Below, piece by piece: positions 39,257 through 47,923 of a stretch of DNA of 64,000 nucleotides; the first letter of the stretch is position 1, and every line of letters begins with the position of its first letter. The notes beneath the pieces were generated by a model. The model was not told the origin of the DNA, did not search any database, and was given only the letters and a program-made list of their open reading frames with translations. Source of the DNA: an uncultured delta proteobacterium (GTDB lineage: Bacteria > Desulfobacterota > Syntrophorhabdia > Syntrophorhabdales > WCHB1-27); NCBI GenBank assembly GCA_963821605.1, contig CAWGEZ010000033.1, positions 9,645 to 73,644 of the forward strand. Direction: 5' to 3'. A program made the position numbers and the translations under genes.

Positions 39257-40610
39257 TCTCTAGTTGCTGCCGCGCATATTCCAGGGCAGCACTCTTCTGT
39301 GTGATCTCGCCTGATATCTGTTTTTCGCGGATGGCATCGAGGATCTTTCCGACTCGCGGCCCTTCGGGAAATCCCATCGCCAGCAGATCGTATCCGTTCA
39401 CAAGGCGGGGCATCGGCTCCTTGCGCCACTCGTCGTACGCAGAGAGCGCCTCCGTACACCGCTGCCTGACGCGCGTGGTTGTTTCATTTTCCTCTCCGTT
39501 AGAGCTTCCGTACATATCCAGAAGGGTGAGGAGGAGTAGCGCAGGCGTGAGGTCCCCCATTTTATAGACGAGGCGCCTGATGGCCTTGTCCGTCGCGCCT
39601 TCGTGGCTTATGAGGAAAACCCTCATGTGGTGCTCGATCAGTGTGGATATGATCTTGATCTCGTGTGAGCTGAACCGGAGTCTCTCCATGATCGCGACGG
39701 CCAGGTCTTTGGAGTGCTTTTCATGATAGAAGAAGTGGACACGGTTCTTAGTCTCGTCATATGAAAAGGTATAGGCCTTGCCGAGATCGTGGAAAAGCAG
39801 CCCGTACGCGGCGTTGTGTACATCCTGTTCTTCAAAGGTGTAGAGCGCCCTCGCTCTCTCCATGTAAGCGAAGCCCTCTATGGTGTGTCCCAGCGTTTCC
39901 AGGTCGAATGCTTTTTCCCGGTCCATCTGCTCCAGTGCGCTCAGCTCAGGAAAAAGCGTGAAAAGCAACCCCGTGTTGCGCAGGGCGGCTATGCCCCTAT
40001 AAGGGTTCCGGGAGAGCATGATCAGGTCGAGTTCATATTTTATTCTCTCCGGCGCCGTCAGGCGTATCAGCTCTTTCTGCTCGCTTATGGCCAAAAGCAG
40101 ATCATGATCGAGCGAGAAACCGGGGAGCGTTGAGAGGTGACGTACTGCTTTCAACATTCTGAGCGGGTCTTCCTTGAGGGACTCTTTTCTGGGATACCTG
40201 ATGAGTTTTCGGTCTATATCCTCGAGCCCTCCGAACGGATCGAAAATCTCTTCTGAGACGGTATCGTACCCGATGGCATTCATCGTGAAGTCTCGCCGTG
40301 CCAGGTCGTCGACGATGCCGCCGTGAAGAAGCGTGAGATCGAAGACCTCGCTTGCGCCAACAATCCGGTACGTCTGTACCGGCTTTTTTCCGAGGAGGAA
40401 GCTTTTCGCCTGAAAAAGCGCTTCCACTTCTGCCACGTCCTCGGCCCGTTCCAGGGCAAGATCATAATCGTTCGGGGCCTGTTCCAGAGCCAGTTCTCGT
40501 ATCGCTCCTCCTACAAGATAGATCCTGCCGGAGAAGGTCGGGGCGGAAAGCTTTGCTATGACACCAAGATTCTTGATTCTTGTCCGGAGAAGTTCAAGCG
40601 AAACGTCCAA
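39225..40610 (-). CDS. cca: CCA-adding enzyme / poly(A) polymerase family nucleotidyltransferase with HD domain
   Basis: YLVGGAIRELAL..DYDLAL..RRDFTMNAIGYD head domain, then the HD region LLFHDLGK. The probable TTG start at 40610 lies 2 nt after the upstream stop. The last codons lie in repeat DNA. Confidence 0.8.
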   Translation of the reverse strand: MDVSLELLRTRIKNLGVIAKLSAPTFSGRIYLVGGAIRELALEQAPNDYDLALERAEDVAEVEALFQAKSFLLGKKPVQTYRIVGASEVFDLTLLHGGIVDDLARRDFTMNAIGYDTVSEEIFDPFGGLEDIDRKLIRYPRKESLKEDPLRMLKAVRHLSTLPGFSLDHDLLLAISEQKELIRLTAPERIKYELDLIMLSRNPYRGIAALRNTGLLFTLFPELSALEQMDREKAFDLETLGHTIEGFAYMERARALYTFEEQDVHNAAYGLLFHDLGKAYTFSYDETKNRVHFFYHEKHSKDLAVAIMERLRFSSHEIKIISTLIEHHMRVFLISHEGATDKAIRRLVYKMGDLTPALLLLTLLDMYGSSNGEENETTTRVRQRCTEALSAYDEWRKEPMPRLVNGYDLLAMGFPEGPRVGKILDAIREKQISGEITQKSAALEYARQQLETVIQVRTKRR

Positions 40611-40612
40611 CG

Positions 40613-41197
40613 CTATCCTTTCTCGGACAGGTAGGCGAGCTCCCTGACAATTCTCTTGAGGCCATCCATCATGTCGACATAAAGATAAGACGCCTGAGGC
40701 GTGCACTGGCCAATGATGAGCCTTTGCTGGTGCTCAAGGGCGAAGTCATCGGCCATCCGGGTTATCTTTTCCATTTCTGATCTTGCGTGGTTCTTGAGAT
40801 TAGGGTTCCCTGTGGCGAAGACATCCTTGGTATCACGCGCGAGTTGCTTGACGGCGGAAATTACTTGTGTGAGCTCGCCCATACCTTTATCTGTGAAAAG
40901 AATGGCTGACTCGCATTTGGTCTTGGTTCTTGCCAGCATAGTTTCCATGGCTTGAGCAATCCCCTGCAGCGAGGGTACGAGCATGAGGAGCCGTTTTTCC
41001 AGTTCATCCTTCTCCTCCTGGACTCTTACCCTGTTGATAAGAGGGAGCGAGGCAACGAGCATCTCTTTAAATTCATTCTGAGCCTTTTTGAGGCAATTCC
41101 TGTCGTCTGTAATGAGGCACCGCCTCATGTCATCCACCGTAACGCTCATCCAGTCAAGAATTCGCTGGAACGTGTCTAGATATTCTTGTTTTTCCAT
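40613..41197 (-). CDS. PhoU-like helical domain protein (resembles the Na/Pi-cotransporter C-terminal domain)
   Basis: 194-aa ORF. ALEHQQRLIIGQCTPQASYLYVDMMDGLKRIVRELAYL matches the E.H..RL..G.C......Y.D....L.RI pattern of PhoU-type repeats. Confidence 0.5.
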   Translation of the reverse strand: MEKQEYLDTFQRILDWMSVTVDDMRRCLITDDRNCLKKAQNEFKEMLVASLPLINRVRVQEEKDELEKRLLMLVPSLQGIAQAMETMLARTKTKCESAILFTDKGMGELTQVISAVKQLARDTKDVFATGNPNLKNHARSEMEKITRMADDFALEHQQRLIIGQCTPQASYLYVDMMDGLKRIVRELAYLSEKG

Positions 41198-41361
41198 AGC
41201 ACCCCCCTTGGTGCAGCTCTCCGTAAATAGTATCTATCTTTCTCTTTTTGTTTGCAAGGTCCTCCGAAATGCAAATCCGAAGCCGAGTGAAATCCTAGAC
41301 GATATCGAATGGCTAAAATCCAGGAGAGGCCAAACCCTGCCTGCTCTTTAATCCCTTTGAC

Positions 41362-41398
41362 ATTTGGATTTGTTTAGGATTTCGGATTTAGATATTGG
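41362..41398. repeat. AT-rich 'gatttgtttaggattt' repeat
   Basis: atttggatttgtttaggatttcggatttagatattgg, with a related copy at 57552-57607. It overlaps the DUF763 stop (41388-41390). Confidence 0.55.
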
Positions 41399-42470
41399 AA
41401 GTTGGCGTATGATAGCGGTTGAGTCGCTTAAATGCTTCTATCTTGTCGCGGTCGTTTATCCGTGCCTTGTCGAGGCAGGTTTGGAGGAAGGCAATCGATT
41501 CTTCGTACGTCTTTCGCTGCACCGGGAAGGGGTGGCCGTCCTTGCCTCCGTGGGCGAAGCTGAAACGGGCCGGATCCTTGAAACTCGGCGGGGCATTGTA
41601 AACGAGTTCCGATACCAGACTTAGAGCCGCTATCGTCCTTGGCCCGACACCATGGACCTGGACAAGGTCTTTGAAAGTCTCAGGATGCGCTTCATGCAAG
41701 GTCTTGAACACGCGGTCAAGCCTCCTGGCATCTACGTCCTGCGCGGTTATGTAGTGTCGTTCCGGCATTGCGAGGGCTATCTCTTTCCAGGTTTTCGACA
41801 TCCAATCAGGGTCCTGCCTTGTAAAGTCCACCGTTGCAGCGTGCACCGGAGCGCTTTCCCTGGCCACAAGGTTAAGCGTATCCTTTTGCTGGTCGCAGGT
41901 CACGCCGGTATGCGGTTCGCAGGTTAGATCAAGGTTCTCCCGTGAGAACCACTGGTAACGTCGCGCCGTGCGGGTTTCCTCACTCATGCCTTGCTGGATG
42001 ATCGCCCAGTCCCCGTCTTTCGAGAGAATGAAGGTGTGGTGGTAGATGTTGTAGCCATCCTGTACCAGGCTGTTGTCGATCTTTGCGCAAAGTCGGCTGA
42101 GAGCTATGAAGGAAGTGACGTCCATGTCCCACGCTCTGCCGTAGTCGGCCAGTTCCTCAGGTGTCCGGCGAGACGTCGCTGCCTTTCCACCGCAAATAGC
42201 CAATGGAAAATCGGAAGCGGTGTAAGCAAGCCCATCCTTGAGCGCACCGCAAAGCGTGGTAGTCAGTCCACTCGAGTGCCAATCGAAGCCGACTACGCAG
42301 CCAAATGCCTGGAACCAGACAGGATCGGATAATCTCCTCAAGACCTCCCTGGGACCGAATTCGAGGAGGATCATAGATAGGACCGCGCCAGAGAGCCGCT
42401 TCATCTTATCGAAGAGCCACCGCGGCGCCTTTCCGTAATGGAGCGGGAGCGTAGTAACGGCCCTTTTCAT
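41388..42470 (-). CDS. DUF763 domain-containing protein
   Basis: 360-aa ORF. The N-terminus LPLHYGKAPRWLFDKMKRL..RLSDPVWFQAFGCVVGFDWHSSGLTTT is as I recall for DUF763. Confidence 0.7.
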   Translation of the reverse strand: MKRAVTTLPLHYGKAPRWLFDKMKRLSGAVLSMILLEFGPREVLRRLSDPVWFQAFGCVVGFDWHSSGLTTTLCGALKDGLAYTASDFPLAICGGKAATSRRTPEELADYGRAWDMDVTSFIALSRLCAKIDNSLVQDGYNIYHHTFILSKDGDWAIIQQGMSEETRTARRYQWFSRENLDLTCEPHTGVTCDQQKDTLNLVARESAPVHAATVDFTRQDPDWMSKTWKEIALAMPERHYITAQDVDARRLDRVFKTLHEAHPETFKDLVQVHGVGPRTIAALSLVSELVYNAPPSFKDPARFSFAHGGKDGHPFPVQRKTYEESIAFLQTCLDKARINDRDKIEAFKRLNRYHTPTSNI

Positions 42471-42724
42471 GCTTTCACGAGAAAGACCGTATCTTTCTCG
42501 TGCACCTTCTCCTTTACCCTGATGCCGACGTCGGTGCCCGGACCAGCCTTCTGCACACTTTCGTGCTCGACCTGCATGGAGTCGACCGATTGCTCAAAAT
42601 CCGTGGAGTGACCTTTTATGTGGATCTTGTCACCCACTTTCATCTCCCCACCGGTGATCCTGATTGCGGCAACACCGATCTTGCCAAAGTATTTTTCGAC
42701 CGTTCCAATGGCAACCTCTTCCAT
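42467..42724 (-). CDS. small EF-Tu domain-2-like beta-barrel protein ('translation elongation factor-like protein')
   Basis: 85-aa ORF ..KIGVAAIRITGGEMKVGDKIHIKGHSTDFEQSVDSMQVEHESVQKAGPGTDVGIRV.. with a 4-nt overlap with the DUF763 gene. Confidence 0.65.
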   Translation of the reverse strand: MEEVAIGTVEKYFGKIGVAAIRITGGEMKVGDKIHIKGHSTDFEQSVDSMQVEHESVQKAGPGTDVGIRVKEKVHEKDTVFLVKA

Positions 42725-42832
42725 GAATCACCTCCGGTTTGTTTTCGAAATTGTAACACGGCGAGCAGCAAATTTGAATATCTTCTCAGTGCGAGAAGGA
42801 GCAAGACTTATCTCACGCCCGCTCGTTCCACT

Positions 42833-43017
42833 CCTTACAGGATGCTCCGCTATCGCTAGAGGCCGCAGAGGGCGCAGAGGAAAGGCGAGGTGAGAAGTAC
42901 GTGAGGACCAGCATGTGCTTACGCGGAATGCTCGAGAGACATTCCGGGCATCGCGTCCGTGCTGCGCCGGAATGGGTTAGCGTAGCAAGATCCGCGATAG
43001 CGCAGCATCCTGTAAGG
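42833..43017. repeat. CCTTACAGGATGCT element family, copy D: two 24-nt arms in inverted orientation
   Basis: ccttacaggatgctccgctatcgc (42833-42856) versus gcgatagcgcagcatcctgtaagg (42994-43017) match at 23/24 as reverse complements, separated by a 137-nt spacer. Confidence 0.8.
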
Positions 43018-43184
43018 AAGCGGAGCATGAAGAGCGATGAGTTGCCTGATGCGAGAATTCTGCATCAGGCACGAAGAAATGCTCACATTCTGCGAGTCAT
43101 CTCCTCAAGTCGCTCTCTGCGGCCTCGAAGGAGCATAGCGACTGGGCGTGAGATAATGTACTGTGCTTGGCGACGACTGCCGAC

Positions 43185-44169
43185 TCACGTCGGGAACAAT
43201 TGCCCGACCAGCCGGTTGAGCATTGCGCCGCCCTTTACCTCGGTCTCGAAGAGGGGCACCAGAGCGCGCACCTTGATCACCGAAGATCTCCCATATCTCC
43301 TGCATATGGTCATCCTGCATCTTGACGCGGTTCCGCACGAACTCAGCCGCGTCCTTGCTAACCTGCTCCTTCTGAATAATGCCGTTGACTACCACTCCGC
43401 CTACCGGGATTCCAAATTCATAAAACCAGTTGATGAAGCGGGTAATAACGGCGATGGGCAGGCTTTCGGGCAGGGTCACGAAAAAGAAGGCGGTCAGGGC
43501 ATCGTCAGTAAGCAGGCTCTGCGCCTTTGCCATGCGCTCCTTGAAACCGAGCAGGTACTCCATGAGGGGGTCTGCTTCCTTTTTCTTCGTAAAAGAGAGC
43601 ATCTCTCTGAGAGACTTCGCCTCTTCCCGGCTCTTGAGCATTTTTTCCACCCAGAGGGAGTAAACTTTCGACATGCCAAGGAGTCGCCTTGCGTTTGCCG
43701 TGGGGGCTGTGTCAAATACGTAGAAATCGTATTCATCCTTGAACATGAGGTCGGTCATGTTCTCGAACATAGCCGATTCTTCGAAGGCCGGGTTCATGGT
43801 GGCGGACTCGACGAACTCATCCGCCTTCGTCGTGATATCGGCGAACTTGAGAAACCAGTTGATCTTTTCGCGGATCTCCTGTTTGGACCGCTCGATCGTA
43901 TCTCTTGTATCGATTTCAAAGGCGTAGCACATCTTCTCGTCGCAGACCACGGCCGGTTTTCCAAAGACATCCTGCTCCATGAGGTTCGAAAGGCTGTGGA
44001 CGGGGTTCGTGGAGGCGAGCAGAGTTTTTCTCCCCTGCTTGGCTGACCATAAGGCCGCTGCCCCTGCCATAACGGTCTTTCCAACACCACCCTTACCGCC
44101 AAAGAAGATGTACTTGAGCTTGGGGTGCTCCTTCATGTACTGGATCATACTCCTGGTTACCTGCTGCAT
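43185..44169 (-). CDS. ArsA/Get3(TRC40)-family ATPase, paralogue 1 (1 frame change near 43275)
   Basis: P-loop FFGGKGGVGKT, STNPVHSL and FDTAPTANARRLL. The C-terminus IKVRALVPLFETEVKGGAMLNRLVGQLFPT* is recovered in another frame, with the stop at 43185-43187. Confidence 0.8.
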
Positions 44170-44189
44170 CGTCAGACTCCTTTATAGTC

Positions 44190-45170
44190 TCAATGGTCCT
44201 CAAACATCTGTTCGGCCAGTTTCTCGATCATGGCAAGACCGGTGACGTCCCGCTCCATTTCAGGTACCCAGGCCAGGATCTGCCCCTTAAACGTGTCATC
44301 AATCACCTTGAGGTACTTATCCTGCATTTCCAGGCGGTTCTTCAGGTATTCAGGGATGTTCTGGCCCTTGAGATCGGCCGGGAGAACGCGGTTCACGATG
44401 TAGCCGCTGAGCGGCACATCGAACTTTGCAAAGAGCCCCGCTGCCTTGAGCGTGTCATTTATGATCATCTCCTCGGGTGTCACAACGAAGAAGAATGCTG
44501 TCTTCTGCTTGTCCGTAAGGATACCCGAAGACTTGTTGATGCGTTCCTTGATGTAGAGGAGTTCATTCAGGATCGCATCCTCGTCGAGTTCCTTGTCGCG
44601 CCGCATGACCGCCGCCACCTGATCATACTCCCTCATCTGCTGCCGGAGGCCCGTGATCTTGTCAATCCACGCATCATAGACGGACGCCATGCTCAGGTAG
44701 TACAGGGCGTGACCAAGAGGGACAAGGTCGTAAATGTAATAGTCGTAGCCGCCTTTCACGACGATATCGACCACCTCGTCGAAGATAGCGCTCTCCTCCA
44801 TGGCAGGCTCTGCAGCAGCGGCCTGGATATAACTCTCTATCTCTTCAGGGATCTGATCCATGCCGTACATGTCGAGAATTTTCTGTCGTATCTCTTGCTG
44901 ATACTCCTTCACCCGCCGGTCTGCATCGATCTCCTGAGCGTAGAGGTTCGGCATGATCTCAGTGGGCCCTTTTCCAAAGATGTTCTGCTGAAAGATGTCG
45001 CTCAGTGATGCCTGCGGATCAACGGAGAAAACGAGTACCCGTTTCCCCTGTTTTGCGAGGTAATACGCAGTCGCCGCTGAGAAAGTCGTTTTGCCAAGCC
45101 CACCCTTGCCGCCGAACATGATGTAGTGCCTGTCAGGATACTGGTCAAAAATCTTAGTCAGTGAAATGGT
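44190..45170 (-). CDS. ArsA/Get3(TRC40)-family ATPase, paralogue 2 (start codon unclear)
   Basis: P-loop MFGGKGGLGKTT, SVDPQASLSD and YDLVPLGHALYYL. The frame is open upstream of the ATG at 45119 (..ISLTKIFDQYPDRHYI) back to about 45170 without ATG/GTG/TTG. AAGGGGG lies at about 45172-45178. Confidence 0.75.
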   Translation of the reverse strand, partial: TISLTKIFDQYPDRHYIMFGGKGGLGKTTFSAATAYYLAKQGKRVLVFSVDPQASLSDIFQQNIFGKGPTEIMPNLYAQEIDADRRVKEYQQEIRQKILDMYGMDQIPEEIESYIQAAAAEPAMEESAIFDEVVDIVVKGGYDYYIYDLVPLGHALYYLSMASVYDAWIDKITGLRQQMREYDQVAAVMRRDKELDEDAILNELLYIKERINKSSGILTDKQKTAFFFVVTPEEMIINDTLKAAGLFAKFDVPLSGYIVNRVLPADLKGQNIPEYLKNRLEMQDKYLKVIDDTFKGQILAWVPEMERDVTGLAMIEKLAEQMFEDH

Positions 45171-45279
45171 ACACCCCCTTAAAAACAGTGATTAGTGATC
45201 AGTGTTACCAGTGTTAAGTAGCTCGAGCTCAACACGCAACACATAACACATAACACTCTGCGGCCCTGCGTCGTGCGCG

Positions 45280-45718
45280 TCAATCCAGGGCGTCTACTAA
45301 ATCCCTCTCCATCAACATTCTTCGCTTCCAGCCGTGGAGGCGAGGAAGCATGTGAGGCAAGAGTCTCAGGCCGTAGTAAGGTCTGACGATGGGCAGGCCC
45401 AGCATGTCACCAAACATGACAACGGTTAAAAGATCGCCCAGACCGGCTCTTGTCTTTGCCGCAAAAACGACATGATCGTGCACCGCAAAGCCGAAGAGGA
45501 ACTCCTTTATCGCGTTGAGGAGCCCGCCGCTAGTCATATAAATCCCCGGTTGGCAAGTAAAAAGCTCCAGGTGCGCGATCAAGGCCATCTGACGAGGATC
45601 ATGAGCAGGAAGCCCCAGATGCAAGGCGCGCGAGCCTTGGTCGACCGGAGGCGTACTTGACTGTACGTCGGAGGACGCGGGCGCAGCCGCAACGCCGCAG
45701 ATGGACTTGATTGCTCAT
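45280..45718 (-). CDS. small conserved hypothetical protein S1 (paralogue of S2); 5' end uncertain
   Basis: Core GGLLNAIKEFLFGFAVHD..MFGDMLGLPIVRPYYGLRLLPHMLPRLHGWKRRMLMERDLVDALD. Candidate starts are MTSGG at 45537, or AGGAGG-ATG at 45718, which needs one frame change. Confidence 0.45.
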
Positions 45719-45724
45719 GACCTC

Positions 45725-46006
45725 CTACGCCAGGGCGTCGGTCAGATCCTTCTCCCGCAACATCCTCCGCTTCCACGTGGAGATCTGGGGCACCACATAC
45801 GGCAGCAACCGTAGGGAATAATACGGCGGCAGTATAGGCACGCCAAGCATGTCTCCCATCGTGATCAGGATGAAGAGATGCTCCATGCTGGCCCTGGACT
45901 TCAGGGCGAAGCGCGCGGAATCATGCGCTGCAACGCCGTAAACGAACTCTTTTGCTGCCTGGAAAATACCGCCCTTCTTTTTCTTTCCTTCTTCGTCTTT
46001 CGACAT
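45725..46006 (-). CDS. small conserved hypothetical protein S2 (paralogue of S1)
   Basis: MSKDEEGKKKKGGIFQAAKEFVYGVAAHD..TMGDMLGVPILPPYYSLRLLPYVVPQISTWKRRMLREKDLTDALA, with an AAGGAG ribosome-binding site upstream. Confidence 0.5.
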   Translation of the reverse strand: MSKDEEGKKKKGGIFQAAKEFVYGVAAHDSARFALKSRASMEHLFILITMGDMLGVPILPPYYSLRLLPYVVPQISTWKRRMLREKDLTDALA

Positions 46007-46102
46007 ACTACTCATTCTCCTTACAAAAATATAGTTTGTACCTCAACTCTCCATCAAGATCGTTGCGTCTCTCGTCGTACGAACCAGAGAAACCGCCAGT
46101 TG

Positions 46103-47807
46103 TTAAGCCTTTGCCGCCGCCTCCGCGGCTGCTTGCCTTATCTGTGTTCTTATGCCTCTGTAGCGATTAAAAGCTTTAGCGCCTTCTATGCCGAGCGCTA
46201 TGGCCGCGATGACGAGGAAGAACCCGACGAGCCCCATCAGGGTGTTTCCTACGAGGGCCTCTCCTTTCACGGCTCCGCTGAAAACCTTGCTCGAGCAGGC
46301 TCCAGGATGTGTAAATCAGCGCAGCTATCGTCGTAATAAACATGAAGATCATAGGATAAAAGGTCCACGCTATAGGTTTACCCTCAGACATGAGCCATGC
46401 TGTCACGAGCATCAAGGCGAGGGATGCCATCAGCTGGTTTGCGCCGCCGAAGAGTACCCAGAGGTACTGCCACCATCCTGTCATGATGAGTATTGCTGCC
46501 AGGATGCATGCTATGAATGTGCCGATATGGGCATTCCTGAAAACGGGGCTCACATCACTCAGAAGCTCTGACGTTGCCACCCTCATAAACCTGATGACCA
46601 GCTGCATGATCGTGACAGCCAGAACGATCATCATGACGCTGCCGTACGAATTGCCCAGTTTGGCCGGGAGCCCGAGTGCACCGAGAAATTTCGACACGCC
46701 GGCCGCAAAGATGACCCCCGGGCCCTTTGCGGCTGCTGCTCCGTACTCGGCGGATGAGGCATAAATTGTTCCCGCGATGATCAGGGCAAAGAGGGCGAGC
46801 ATCATCTCGACAAACATGACGCCGCCTCCCACGGGACGGGCATCAAGCTCGTTCTCCAGTTGGCGCGCGGTCCCGGAGCTCGATACGATGCTGTGCCAGC
46901 CCGAGATGGCCCCGCAGGCGATCGTGACGAACATGATAGGCCAGATGGGACCGATCTTGATGGAGAAGGACGTGTAGGCAGGCAAGGTAAAATCGGGATG
47001 GAGTATAAAAACGCCGATGACACCAAAGAACAGACCAAGGAATACGATGTACGACGCAACGTAGTTTATAGGGAGTGCGAACCTCCAGATGGGCAGTACC
47101 GCGGCGAAATAACAGAAGACACAGGCAGCGATAGTCCAGAGTATCCTGCTGTTTGCGAGGCTCGCCCCGAGCACCTTGTCAGACGGAAGCTGAGTCCCGA
47201 GAAATATGCCGAGCAGGGCAATGATCACGCAGACGGCGGTTGTGAGGAGGATGTCCTTGCGCCAGCGATAGATCATCTGTCCGGCGAGCACGCCCCCGAT
47301 AGTGAGGAGCAGCCATGCCATGGGAGCTGCCTTAAGACCGATAACCGTGCTTACGACAACGTTTCCGAAGGCACCCGCGATGAGCAGGAGATAGAAATAG
47401 ATGAAAGAGAGCAGGATGACGCGTGCCCTCGGGGAGATCAGGCGGTGGCTCAAGCCCCCGAAGGAGGCGCCTTCGTTGCGCATGGCCACCATGGCGCTCG
47501 TGTAGTCGTGCACCCAGCCTATGAACAGGGCACCCCCCAGGATCCATATGAGCGCAGGAAGCCAGCCCCACTGGATGGCAATAATCGGTCCGATAATGGG
47601 CGCAGCGCCTGCGATCGATTTGAACTGGTACCCGAAGAGGATGTTTTTGCTCGTGGGCATGAATTCCACACCATCCATGTACATCTTGGCTGGTGTGGCC
47701 CTTTTTGGGTCGGCCTTGATGATTTTCGTGTCGATATACTTTGCGTAGAACCGGTAGCCGAAGAAGAACACAATAAAGCCTAAGATAAGAACGACGACTG
47801 CATTCAT
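46103..47807 (-). CDS. cstA: carbon starvation protein A (CstA family peptide/pyruvate transporter) (1 frame change near 46280)
   Basis: Start MNAVVVLILGFIVFFFGYRFYAKYI at 47807 (GGGGAGGGG ribosome-binding site). Polytopic CstA body. The last TM ..GEALVGNTLMGLVGFFLVIAAIALG.. is recovered in another frame, with the stop at 46103-46105. Confidence 0.85.
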
Positions 47808-47923
47808 GTTTCCCCTCCCCCAAGAACGGGATTTATGATGCGCGTTCTCTACCATTATTACGGAACCGTTGGAAGGCGTCAAGTAAAAAAATCTGATAGA
47901 CTATAGAATTTCGGAGTAACTCC

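Noticed and set aside
42901-45008. Long plus-strand ORFs (42901-44046, 381 aa; 44193-45008, 271 aa) opposite the ArsA-like genes
   Set aside because: Their translations are low-complexity and His/Arg/Leu-rich with no recognisable motifs. The reverse strand encodes clear P-loop ATPases, so these are antisense shadow ORFs.
43185-45170. The ArsA-like pair as an arsenite-efflux ATPase
   Set aside because: No arsB, acr3, arsC, arsR or arsD is adjacent. ArsA proper is a single fused two-domain protein with metalloid-binding cysteines, which I do not see here. The pair is therefore treated as Get3-like paralogues of unknown role.
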